Origin: Azolla caroliniana
Taxonomy: Eukaryota; Plantae; Polypodiophyta
DNA length: 11,963 nt
Reading direction: 5' to 3'
Assembly: GCA_043228905.1 (NCBI GenBank)
Contig: JBHGNT010001112.1
Span: forward strand, 1-11,963
How positions within the stretch are numbered: position 1 is the first letter of the stretch; each line of letters begins with the position of its first letter. Made by a program: the position numbers and the translations under genes. The notes beneath the pieces are model-generated. The model searched no databases, was not told where the DNA came from, and worked only from the letters and a program-made list of their open reading frames with translations. Below, piece by piece: positions 1 through 8,922 of this stretch.

Positions 1-1
1 A

Positions 2-514
2 AACGTGTGCCTACGATTCGGCTCCGGTAAGCCCGAACTCGACGGCTTTACCGATTCGGATATGTCGGCTGATGCAGATACCAACCGGTCCACATCAGGG
101 TATGTGATGACGTATGCAGGGGGAGCTGTTTCGTGGCAGTCGAGGCTGCAGAAGACGGTTGCGTTGTCAACCACGGAGGCGGAGTACATGGCGGCTGTTG
201 AAGCCGGCAAGGAAATGATATGGATGAAGGACTTCATTAGAGAGCTCGGTATCCGGCAGGAGGAGTACCGACTCTACTGCGACAGTCAGAGTGCCATCCA
301 CCTTGCGAAGAACGCGGCCTATCACTCCCGGACGAAGCACATCCAGCGAAGATATCACTGGATCCGGGAAAGGATAGAAGACCAGGAGTTCGTGCTGACG
401 AAGATCCACACGGACGAGAACGGCTCAGATATGCTGACCAAAGTGCTCACACCCGACAAGCTGGAAGCGTGCCGGAAGAGGGTCGGACTGGAAAGACATC
501 CCATGCCGAAGTGA
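2..514 (+). CDS. pol: Ty1/copia pol polyprotein, C-terminal RNase H domain (5'-partial)
   Basis: Motifs GFTDSDM, STSGYV, AVSWQSRLQKTVALSTTEAEYMA, LYCDSQSAIHLAKN, HSRTKHIQRRYHWIRE and ENGSDMLTK. The frame is open from the window edge to TGA at 512-514. Confidence 0.95.
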   Translation, partial: NVCLRFGSGKPELDGFTDSDMSADADTNRSTSGYVMTYAGGAVSWQSRLQKTVALSTTEAEYMAAVEAGKEMIWMKDFIRELGIRQEEYRLYCDSQSAIHLAKNAAYHSRTKHIQRRYHWIRERIEDQEFVLTKIHTDENGSDMLTKVLTPDKLEACRKRVGLERHPMPK

Positions 515-522
515 AGGGGGAG
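514..522 (+). other. Polypurine tract (PPT) of copia element D
   Basis: AAGGGGGAG overlaps the stop codon and ends 2 nt before the LTR start TGTTGG. Confidence 0.88.
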
Positions 523-681
523 TTTGTTGGGATTACGGTCCCTCCGGATGTGATGGTCGGATGTCCGGAGCCGGATGACGAATGTACCCGGAGAGAGATC
601 CGGATGCGGGGACATATTTGTGAATATGTTTGCCAAGGGCCCTTGAGGCTATAATTGTAAATAGCCCGAAAGTCATATGTG

Positions 682-689
682 TATAAATA
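682..689 (+). promoter_or_regulatory. TATA box of copia LTR
   Basis: TATAAATA about 160 nt into the LTR. Confidence 0.6.
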
Positions 690-746
690 TGACTTAGGGC
701 AAACAATTTTAATGTTGTTGCTCATTTTTATGCGAAGTGAGAGCAG

Positions 747-748
<2 letters not shown>

Positions 749-790
<42 letters not shown>
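749..790. repeat. (GA)21 microsatellite inside copia LTR
   Basis: Perfect GA dinucleotide run. Confidence 0.97.
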
Positions 791-791
<1 letters not shown>

Positions 792-1526
792 GAAGAGGTC
801 GTTGCCTCTGTGTATTACCGCCGCCTGTGGCGAAGACAGTGAGCTCAAGGTTGTTGCCTTGTAGCTTCACCAGTGTACATCTCTGTTCATAGTGATAGTT
901 GGAGTTTGAGGACTCCCGTGGTTTTTCCCATTTAGGGTTTTCCACGTAAAACATCCAGTGTACCTTTCTCTCTATTGTCCTCGTGCACTTTGTATTTCCC
1001 GTTTTCTGAAAGTTGATCCTATTCCTCGGTTGTGGCCGAGCACTGTTTTCAACAATATCTTGTTTCCTTTCCCATAATGTCCTCCAAAACTTTGTTAAGA
1101 ATTCGAATGTGAGCCCTTGATGGGTCCAAGATTGACTAGCCCGTGGTGTAGTCCTGCATTGAGTTGCCAAAATATGTCGTCCAATCTTAACTGAGTACTG
1201 AAAAAAACCACACCTTTTTTTTCGCACGGTGTCGCGGTTTTCCGCGCTTGTGTGTTGAAACGAGGCGGGACCACTTGGGTCTCGGACCAAGGAGCCGGTG
1301 AGAAAGGAAGGTTGTCCAGTTTGGTTTCCGGAGACACGTATCCGATCCAGATCGATTCCCAGATGTCGGATTGCGGCGAAGAGGTCACATACTCGGATAT
1401 GCACACTCAAACGGAAATAGAACAAAGATACGTGGATGCACAACACACAAAGAGACTCATTAAATTAGTGTTTAACAGAGAATATAGAGGGGGTACACCC
1501 GATCGCAACCGATAGCTAAGCTTCGA

Positions 1527-1531
<5 letters not shown>

Positions 1532-1578
<47 letters not shown>
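1532..1578. repeat. (AC)~23 microsatellite inside LTR of element A
   Basis: Perfect AC/TG dinucleotide run. Confidence 0.97.
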
Positions 1579-1581
<3 letters not shown>

Positions 1582-1754
1582 TGACGAACCTTTGATCGGG
1601 AGCACACGGGCTTCCTATGTGAGTAGAGGACTCCACCTTTTTCCCGAATTTAGAACAGAACAGAAACAAAGGAAACGATAGAGCTCAGATCTCAAACCGA
1701 CAGCACTTCGTTCTCCCAAAACGGTGGATCCCCACAATAGTTCAAAACCTCCCC

Positions 1755-1762
1755 TTTTATAG
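1755..1762 (-). promoter_or_regulatory. TATA box of element A LTR
   Basis: CTATAAAA on -, in a context conserved with the element B LTR. Confidence 0.7.
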
Positions 1763-2025
1763 CACAAAGGGGAGGCCGTTACATCACGTTTAAGATAACT
1801 GATTTTGTCAGCGATTCTTCCTCAATTTCCTCCCCACACATGCTTTATTCTCCTCTTTTCATGGAACATTAAAGTACCCCTCAAAATCCTACTCCCCAGT
1901 ACTTACGAGTCCTATGTTACTTACACATGTTTATACTTAAAGACAACTTTGTGTACATACGTGCACACTCCTATTCCCGCACTCTCTGACTCCTTTCCTT
2001 CTAGTAGTTGGAAGTCCCCATGACA

Positions 2026-2036
2026 TCCACCCCACC
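2026..2036 (-). other. PPT of element A
   Basis: GGTGGGGTGGA on -, directly abutting the LTR start TGTCA and about 60 nt after the integrase stop. Confidence 0.7.
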
Positions 2037-2096
2037 AAATCGCACATCCTCTGGCATGTGCCAAGTAGTGAAGCGGTGAGGATTCTGGCTCGGTCT

Positions 2097-3400
2097 TTAC
2101 TCGTATTCCCCAGATCCGCCGTTGATCTGGTCTTCATCCAACCCCTTGTTCCCGTTGTCCCCCTCGTCTTCGTCGGCCCCCAGATCCGGTTCTGCTTCAT
2201 GTTGTTTCTTGAAGGCCTTTATCCGTTTCCCTGCAACCGATATCACGATCCTCGTCCCGTCGAACTCAACTAAATGGTATGTCGCGTTGTTGTTGGCTCT
2301 TGTCACCACGTACGGCCTGAACCATCGTAGTGCAAACTTCCAAGTCAGCCAATAATGATTGTCGAGGCTGCTATCGTAGACTAGCACCTAGTCGCCTTCC
2401 TCGATCTTCCGTGGCTGGAGTCAGTGCATATGGTCAAACCGGCCCTTGTTCTTCTTCCTCGCCTCTTCTATTCTCGTCGTCGCTCGTTCCACATCCTCTG
2501 GCCTCCGCTCAATAATCGAATCTGTGCAGCTAGTAAGTCTTCCTGGCTCATCTCCTCCGCCCACTCGATCGACACCCACGAGGCTATCGTTCGCTCCACC
2601 AGCATGATCAATTTCTGGTCGAACATGAGCTTGATTGGCATGTACCCCGTCACCGAGTTGTGCGTAGTCCAGTCAACCCACAATGCATATGGAAGAAGTC
2701 TCAACTAGTTTTCGACTCATCCATTGCATACCCGCACTATTACTTTGATGATTGGCTCGTGCTCTCGTTCGACCTTTCTGTTCGCTTGTGGATTGTATGC
2801 CATTGTGAGGGAAATCTTGACCCCTAGTCAGTCGAAAAGCTCCTTGGCTTATTTTGTGCATCAAGCTCCCCTTGACCGGCCACGATTTTCCTGACACACT
2901 CGTATCGATAAATCACATCCTCGATAAGGAATCAGCACACCGCTATGATTGTCTTGTTTGTCAACACTCGACCCTCCACCTGGTTCATCATGTCCTCTCG
3001 CGCAAGCATCAAATACCGCATTTTCCCTACCCGCATTGGCATTGTTGTCTTGAAGTGAATGGTTGGTGGGTAGGTCGGGTGTAGCTCGTCGCAGTGCCAG
3101 ATTCTAGAATGTATCTGACAACTCTTGCATGTTGTCACGAAGTGGTGGACGTCACGATACATTCCTGGCCACCACTACTTCCCCTTAAGCATCTCAATGT
3201 GGCCCATGTTCCCCGGTGTCCGGACCAGGAACTCTCGTGGAACTTTGACACGAGCGCCGACTGTTCCTCCTCCTTTGTCACCACCCGGAGTGGAGTGTCG
3301 TTCCACCTCTTCGGGGGTCGCCATATCTTCCCGTCTCACAAGAAGAACTTGTAGGCCTTCTTCCAGATTCGGCTCGCCTCTTCCTTCGTCCATGTTGCGT
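2097..3400 (-). pseudogene. pol: Degenerate Ty3/gypsy integrase (HHCC zinc-binding domain, catalytic core, GPY/F-like C-terminus, acidic tail; no chromodomain)
   Basis: Fragments across frames: FHESSWSGHRG...MYRDVHHFVTTCKSCQ; AREDMMNQVEGR; YNPQANRKVEREH; LLPYALWVDWTTHNSVTGYMP; KFALRWFRPYVV...ATYHLVEFDG. Many stops and frameshifts. Confidence 0.9.
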
Positions 3401-3627
3401 TGTCGTGAAGAAAACCGTCCCTAGGCGGAAACCAAGTTTAGCATGTGTAAACCGGCCCTTACACGCGAGCACACTTTTCGTTGTATGGTAAGTAAGTTGG
3501 TACAAGTCGGCTGAGGTGAAATCCTAGGTAGCACGCATTCAATAGGGAGAGAATTGAGGTGTATCTCTGTCCGAAAGGACAAATAATTAATGTGATGTAA
3601 CGGATGATAACGGCCTCCCTCCTTGGG

Positions 3628-3635
3628 CTATAAAA
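3628..3635 (+). promoter_or_regulatory. TATA box of element B LTR
   Basis: CTATAAAA preceded by TAACGGCCTCCC, as in A's LTR. Confidence 0.7.
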
Positions 3636-3876
3636 GAGAGGGAGAGGAATGAAAAGGGTATCGCGCATTAGAGAGGACGAAGTGCTGCCGGATTGGGACC
3701 GAGCCCTTCTCCTCTGCCACTCTCCATAGCCATTTTTGCACCGGTTTTTGGGAGGCTGACTCTGCTCTGTGGAACGCCCATGTGCTTCCGGCAGAGTCTC
3801 CATCCCGCACTTCTGTGTGTGTGAGTGAACAGGCGGCGATGTTCGCCTTGTCGGCCTGTTAGTTGTAACCGTCTTG

Positions 3877-3894
3877 ATATATATATATATATAT
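3877..3894. repeat. (AT)9 microsatellite in element B LTR
   Basis: AT dinucleotide run. Confidence 0.85.
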
Positions 3895-4055
3895 TTATAT
3901 ACATACGTGTTCATATACTTTGACTTCTAGTCGTCTCGTTTTGCTGTGTTGTTGGACTGTGATTCCTGTGTGCTCCCGTGTCTGTGCGTGTGCAAGTGCC
4001 CACGGTGCCTTCCATTCTCCTCCTTCTAAGCTATTTCTCGGTCCAAGACCCCGGT

Positions 4056-4060
4056 GGTCC
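4056..4060. repeat. Target-site duplication GGTCC of element C (left copy)
   Basis: Identical GGTCC at 11055-11059. Both copies abut the LTR ends. Confidence 0.93.
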
Positions 4061-4515
4061 TATTATAAATCTCGGTACTAAAGTAAGCTTAAGATAAGGA
4101 TAAAGAAATGAAAGATAGAAAGGAGAAAGAGAAAGAAGGGTGCCGATCCACCCGACCACCCCCGAGCGAAGGGATCGAGACGGACTTGAGCCTCGATCGG
4201 CGTCCCATACCACCGCTGTGGCGTCGAGTCGTACCTGGTGCTGGAGCGCTCGCTACAAGAGTTGACCCACCACACGAGCAGAGTCTCAATGTAGTCAAAA
4301 GATGATCAAATGAGGGGAGCTAGGCCTCTTATTTATAGTGATACCCAAGGCCCCCAGGCAAGTTCACACTTGACCTAATGGGTTGTCTCAATCTCGAGGA
4401 TTAAAAGTAATTCTCCCCTTCTTTACACTCTCGTTTAACCCTCACACTTATCCACGTGTATAGAATACTACGGTAAATTCTTACCACGGGATATTATATG
4501 GTCATGCCCGTAACA
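4061..4515 (-). repeat. 3' LTR of element C (455 bp)
   Basis: Direct repeat of 10600-11054 with 14 substitutions and no indels (manual alignment). Reads TGTTA...TAATA on -. Confidence 0.97.
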
Positions 4516-4517
4516 TA

Positions 4518-4529
4518 CTCCCCCTCTTT
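4518..4529 (-). other. PPT of element C
   Basis: AAAGAGGGGGAG on -, 2 nt before the LTR start TGTTAC. Confidence 0.92.
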
Positions 4530-4552
4530 AAAACATTGCACTCTTGCAATGG

Positions 4553-4699
4553 AAAGTTAGGGAAGTTAGTTCTAAGAGTATTTTCGCGTTCCCATGTGGC
4601 ATCTTTTATTGATTTATCCATCCATTTTATTTTAAATTCTCGGATTTCTTTAGTACGTAATTTTTTTGTTTTAACATCGAGAATTCTTTCTGGTACATG
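4553..4699 (-). other. Chromodomain (group II-like) at the integrase C-terminus
   Basis: PERILDVKTKKLRTKEIREFKIKWMDKSIKDATWERENTLRTNFPNF, downstream of the GPF motif. Confidence 0.9.
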
Positions 4700-4769
4700 T
4701 GGTTTAGAAGATAATTCTTCAGAAGTAACCAGAGTTTCAGTCGTAACTGTATTGTCGCCAGAACCTAGA

Positions 4770-5800
4770 AGTTCTTTTAGACGACTCACATGAAAGACTG
4801 GATGAATTCCGACACCATCGGGAAGAGCGAGACGATAGGCTGATGACCCAATGCGTTTGAGGACTGTAAAAGGTCCACAAAACCGTGGGGCTAACTTAGC
4901 GCACTTACCCGTAGACAATGTCTTAGAATTGTGAGGTACACGTAAAAATACCTTCTGTCTAAGGTTGAATACACGAGGTTGCCTATGATGATTGGCATAA
5001 AAACGCGCTCTATCTTGAGCTGTTTTTATATTATCTCATGCAATATGCAACATATCTTGCATATCCCGAAGAAAGTTTTGCGTACTTCGCAACTCATCAT
5101 GATGTATATTAACATCAATCGGGGCTCGTGGCTGAAAACCATACATCAACATAAAAGGACTATATCCCGTCGACGTATGCTTGGAGCTGTTATAAGCAAA
5201 CTCCAAAAGTGGGAGATAACGTTCCCATTTTGTTGGTTTTGCACCAACGTATGCTTGAAGCATGTCCTCAATAATTTGATTTACTCGTTCTGTCTGTCCA
5301 TCGGATTGAGGATGATCCGTGGAGCTCATGCTCAACGTAGTTTCTAACTTCTTAAAGACTTGTGTCCAGAAGTCACTAGTAAACTTTGGATCTCGATCAC
5401 TCATGATATCCATCGGTAACCCATAAAAACGAAACAATTCGTCCACGAATTGGTAAGCCAATTCAGGAGCTGTTACCGTGGTTTTAGTAGCAATAAATCT
5501 GGCCATTTTAGTTAGTCGATCAACGACAACCCAGATGGCATCATGACCTTTTTGGGTGCGAGGAAGGCTAACAATAAAATCCATGGATATACTTTCCCAC
5601 TTATTATTGGGAATGTCCAAGGGATGTAAAAGTCCTGCGGCTTTAAGTCGCTCGGCTTTGTTAACCTGACACTGGTGACATTTAGTCACATAGCTATGTA
5701 TGTCAGGACGCATCTTAGGCCAATAAAATTGAGTGGAGATGAGAACGAGTGGACGATGTATTCTAGGGTGCCCTGCTGAGGATGCATCATGGCATTAAAA
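4770..5800 (-). pseudogene. Integrase domain of element C
   Basis: CHDASSAGH...CHQCQ (HHCC); WESISMDF, VVDRLTKMA, SDRDPKFTS, HPQSDGQTERVNQ (DDE core); PRFCGPF; HPVFHVSRLK. Boundaries are approximate. Confidence 0.95.
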
Positions 5801-6029
5801 AAGAATCCTCTTTTTGACCTCGGGTAAATCTGGAACACAAACCTTCCCATTACGGTAGAGAAAACCGTTAGCAATGTGGAAGTATTCCTTCGAGGATGTG
5901 GTGGTGTCTGTTCCAGACTCAACTCTTGCCCAGTATTTTGCGAAATAACTGTCATCAGGATACTTTCCTCGAAGGTGATCATAAAGATCTGATGATATTG
6001 CAGTGAAGCTAAGCATGTTAACTTCACGG

Positions 6030-7200
6030 ATGCGACTTAGTGCATCAGCGACAGTGTTCATGGAACCTTTACGATATCGTATGGAAAAATCAAAGTCCTG
6101 GATGAGATCAGCCCATCGTGCCTTACGACCTTTCAGGTCTTGTTGGTCACAAAAATATTTCAAGGACTCGTGGTCCGTAGTTACCACAAAGTGATTTCCA
6201 TAAAGATAATGGCGCCATGTATAACTGCAAATAATTCCTTTTCTTGAACGGTATACCGACATTGAGCAGAATCAAGTTTCTTACTCTCGAATGCTATTGG
6301 TTTACCATCTTGATACAAGACATCACCTATAGCATAATCGCTTGCATCGGTTTCAACCTCAAAAGGTTTTGAAGGATCAGGTAAAAGAAGTGAAGGAGCC
6401 TTGCAAACCAGGTCCTTGAGTTCCTTAAAGGCAAGGTCTAGTGTAGCATTCCACACAATAGGTTTTGTAGACTTACGCGTTTGACCTTTTAAAAGATCAG
6501 TAAACGGCGTCGTCAATTGGGAGTAATTACGAAGAGACTTTCGCAAAAACCCCACAAAACCAAGGAATGATCGAACTTCTCGAATATTCCGAAGAGTGGG
6601 CCAAAGCTTGATTTTCTCAATGCGAGAAGGATCAATTTCAACTCCTCGTTCGGTTATGAGATGTCCTAGATAAGTAATTGATTTCTTGAAGAACTCACAT
6701 TTTGAGATCTTCGCATAAAACTGTTTGTCACGCAATGTTTGTAAAACAAAGCGGACATGTCTAGCATGTTCTTGTAATGTACGGCTATAAACTAAAATAT
6801 CATCCAAGAAAATAACGACAAATTTTCCAAGTTGTTCTCGGAAAATGTCATTCATTTCTTGTTGAAAAGTAGCCGGAGCATTGGTCAAACCAAAAGGCAT
6901 AACCAAAAACTCGTAATGGCCATAGCGCGTACGAAATGCCGTTTTAGGAACATCGTCCTCACTTATTCGTATTTGATGGTAGCCAGTACGGAGATCAAGT
7001 TTCGTAAAATAGCGAGCTCCCTAGAGACGGTCAATTAGATCGTCAGCCCGGGACAATGGATACGAATTCTTGATCGTCACTTTATTCAAGCGTCGGTAAT
7101 TAATACACATACGCCATGTGCCCTCTTTCTTTTTAACCAAGAGAACTGGTGCACCCCATGGAGATTTACTATAACGTATATAACCCATTCATAAATAGTC
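6030..7200 (-). pseudogene. Reverse transcriptase and RNase H domains of element C
   Basis: [43 protein letters not shown] (6799-6810), [28 protein letters not shown]. Boundaries are approximate. Confidence 0.95.
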
Positions 7201-7608
7201 CTTGAGTTGCTTAGATACCTCATCTTCTTCGGATCGACTTAAGCAATACGGAGGTATACTTATTGGTGCAACACCAGGTACAATATCTATACGATGGTCT
7301 ATATTACGTTTAGGAGGTAACCCATCAGGTAGTTCACTTGGAAAAACATCATGAAAATCATTTAAGATTTCATCAAGTTGTTGTTGTTCAAAATATGTTA
7401 ATTGAATCGGGACATTATCGATATTGTAAACGTGAATGTCCGGATCAAGTACACAATAAATTAACGTAGAACAAGACAACTCGGATATTGATGGACACGA
7501 GGAAACAATCGAGAGGGATTGTTTTTTTACACATTGAATAAAATGCGTACAATCGTTCAGTACAAAAGAAATGGAATGACGAACCCAATCAATAAATAAA
7601 GAAGAGTT

Positions 7609-8922
7609 TTAATTAAAAAACCAGGGATAACCCAGTATTACATCGGTGGTACAAAGATTCATTACATGGAAGTCTACTTCCTCTATATAAGTATCAATAG
7701 AAATTCCTAATGAATGAATCGCCCTGTTGATGTATTGTACTCTTCCATCAGCCAAGTGCACCGTGTAGGTGTGATCACTTACGGTGGGTTGGATTCCCCA
7801 TATCTGAACCAAACGATCATTCACAAAATTGTGTGAGCTTCCCGAATCAAATAAAAATTGTACGGGAGATCCATTGATATACCCGTTTGCACGTAGTAAA
7901 TCATTGGGACCCAATACATAGTGAGGGAAAGAACATTGACAATTACTTAAATGATGTGTATAGACTTGAAGGACATTAGGAATCTGACCTTTATGGTCTG
8001 CAGCTTTAGCTTTGTTGTCGTGCTCTTTCCGTTGGAGCTTTCGACATTGATCTTTTGTATGACCCTTCTTTTTGCAGAATACACAAAAAGGATGTTGTCG
8101 CTTACAATCGCGATCCAGGAATTCGTTGGGTGTCTTGCGTTTCCCAACAAATTGTGACTGCTTAGTCCCGAGCGCTTCGTTGGGTTTGTTATGGTCCTTC
8201 TTCGAAGTGCGTTGATAGCGAAGAACTATTTCAACGGCCTCTTCGAAGGATTTTGGATCCTTATCGTGCACTATCCAGTGATAGTCCGAATTGGGGATGC
8301 CATTGACAAAACAAGCTATCAACCAATTGTCCCCTTCTAGACCCGGTTTTTGGATTTGGGTTCTAGCATGGTGAACATAGTCTTCTAGCGAGGAAAATTT
8401 CCTGCTAGAGAGGTTCATTAAAGCTTCTGCTGCCTTGGTTCGAGAAGGAGGTTGCAAAAATTGGCCCTTAAAAACCGTGACAAAATCTGTCTAGGTATCG
8501 GGCAATTTCCCCATAGTATGGAGCCCACGCCACCAGGCGGCGGCCTTACCCCCGAGTTCTCGGCCGACATATGGAATCTTCGTACTATCTGGCGTGGGAT
8601 AGAGCTCAAAATGAGACTCCCATCGTCCCAGCCATGTGCAGATTGCTTCTTCGGTTCTTTCCTTTTTGTCTCCGGTAAATGGCTTAACGACAAATGATGG
8701 TTCACCTTGTCGCTCATCAGGTCTATTAGTCTCACGTTGTAGACTAATGACACGTGCCTCAAGAGCACTCTGAGATTGCCGAAGTTCGGTCATCTGTTGA
8801 GAGGTGAAACTAAGGTATTGGGTTATTTGTGCCAAATACATCTCAGTGGACATTTGTCCAGGAGGATTCCCTTGAGTTCCTTCCGCTTGAGCAGATGACA
8901 TCGGGTCGTTAATTTGAGCCAT
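7609..8922 (-). pseudogene. gag: Gag (with CCHC zinc knuckle) and aspartic protease of element C
   Basis: LGGKAAAWW gag motif; CVFCKKKGHTKDQC at 8044-8085; LFDSGSSHNF (DSG at 7840-7848); DVILGYPW. A TAG at 8491 interrupts the frame. Confidence 0.92.

Larger units (their letters stand above)
1..1054 (+). mobile_element. Ty1/copia LTR retrotransposon (element D), 3' end only; Tnt1/Tork-like
   Basis: Copia-type RNase H ORF, followed immediately by a polypurine tract and an LTR bounded by TGTTG...CAACA. The 5' part lies outside the window. Confidence 0.93.
525..1054 (+). repeat. 3' LTR of copia element D (530 bp)
   Basis: Starts TGTTG right after the PPT and ends CAACA (5-bp terminal inverted repeat). 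Contains TATAAATA and a GGGTTTTCCACGTAAA segment. The right end is inferred from the inverted repeat only, because the partner LTR is outside the window. Confidence 0.8.
1230..2025 (-). repeat. 3' LTR of gypsy element A (796 bp)
   Basis: On - it starts TGTCATGG right after the PPT and ends ...GTGGTCCCGCCTCGTT...CGCGACA, matching the reconstructed end of B's LTR. The TATA context GTAACGGCCTCCCCTTTGTGCTATAAAAG matches B at 3608-3636. Confidence 0.85.
1230..3400 (-). mobile_element. Non-chromovirus Ty3/gypsy retrotransposon (element A, Phygy-like by inference), 3' portion, interrupted by element B at 3400/3401
   Basis: Read on the minus strand: degenerate integrase, then PPT, then an LTR TGTCA...CGACA that shares blocks with the LTR of element B. 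Confidence 0.87.
3401..4060 (+). repeat. 5' LTR of gypsy element B, first part (split by element C)
   Basis: Starts TGTCG exactly where A's pol homology ends. This pairs with CGACA at 11092-11096. Contains the TATA block shared with A's LTR. Reconstructed length is about 697 bp. Confidence 0.82.
4502..8922 (-). pseudogene. gag-pol: gag-pol polyprotein of chromovirus C (originally a single ORF)
   Basis: The ORF fragments join in frame across premature stops at 8491, 7609, 7189, 7021, 5795 and 5036, with one frameshift near 6220. The frame runs through the PPT into the 3' LTR. Confidence 0.95.

Noticed and set aside
1200-1223. Intrinsic terminator-like A-tract/T-tract hairpin
   Set aside because: There is no GC-rich stem and the context is eukaryotic.
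709-1446. 245-aa minus-strand ORF and other ORFs crossing microsatellites (447-848, 679-864, 1472-1669)
   Set aside because: They span LTR boundaries of unrelated elements, contain SL/ER/CV repeats translated from microsatellites, and show no recognisable domain.
3175-3393. 72-aa ORF MDEGRGEPNL... as an independent gene
   Set aside because: It is an alternative frame of element A's integrase N-terminus. The homologous frame reads ...FHESSWSGHRGTW...
3459-3914. 151-aa minus-strand ORF
   Set aside because: It lies antisense within B's LTR, starts in an AT microsatellite and has no domain features.
4031-4305. Short ORFs duplicated at 10617-10837
   Set aside because: The duplication simply reflects the two LTR copies. 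The hydrophobic tails come from a purine/pyrimidine-biased tract.
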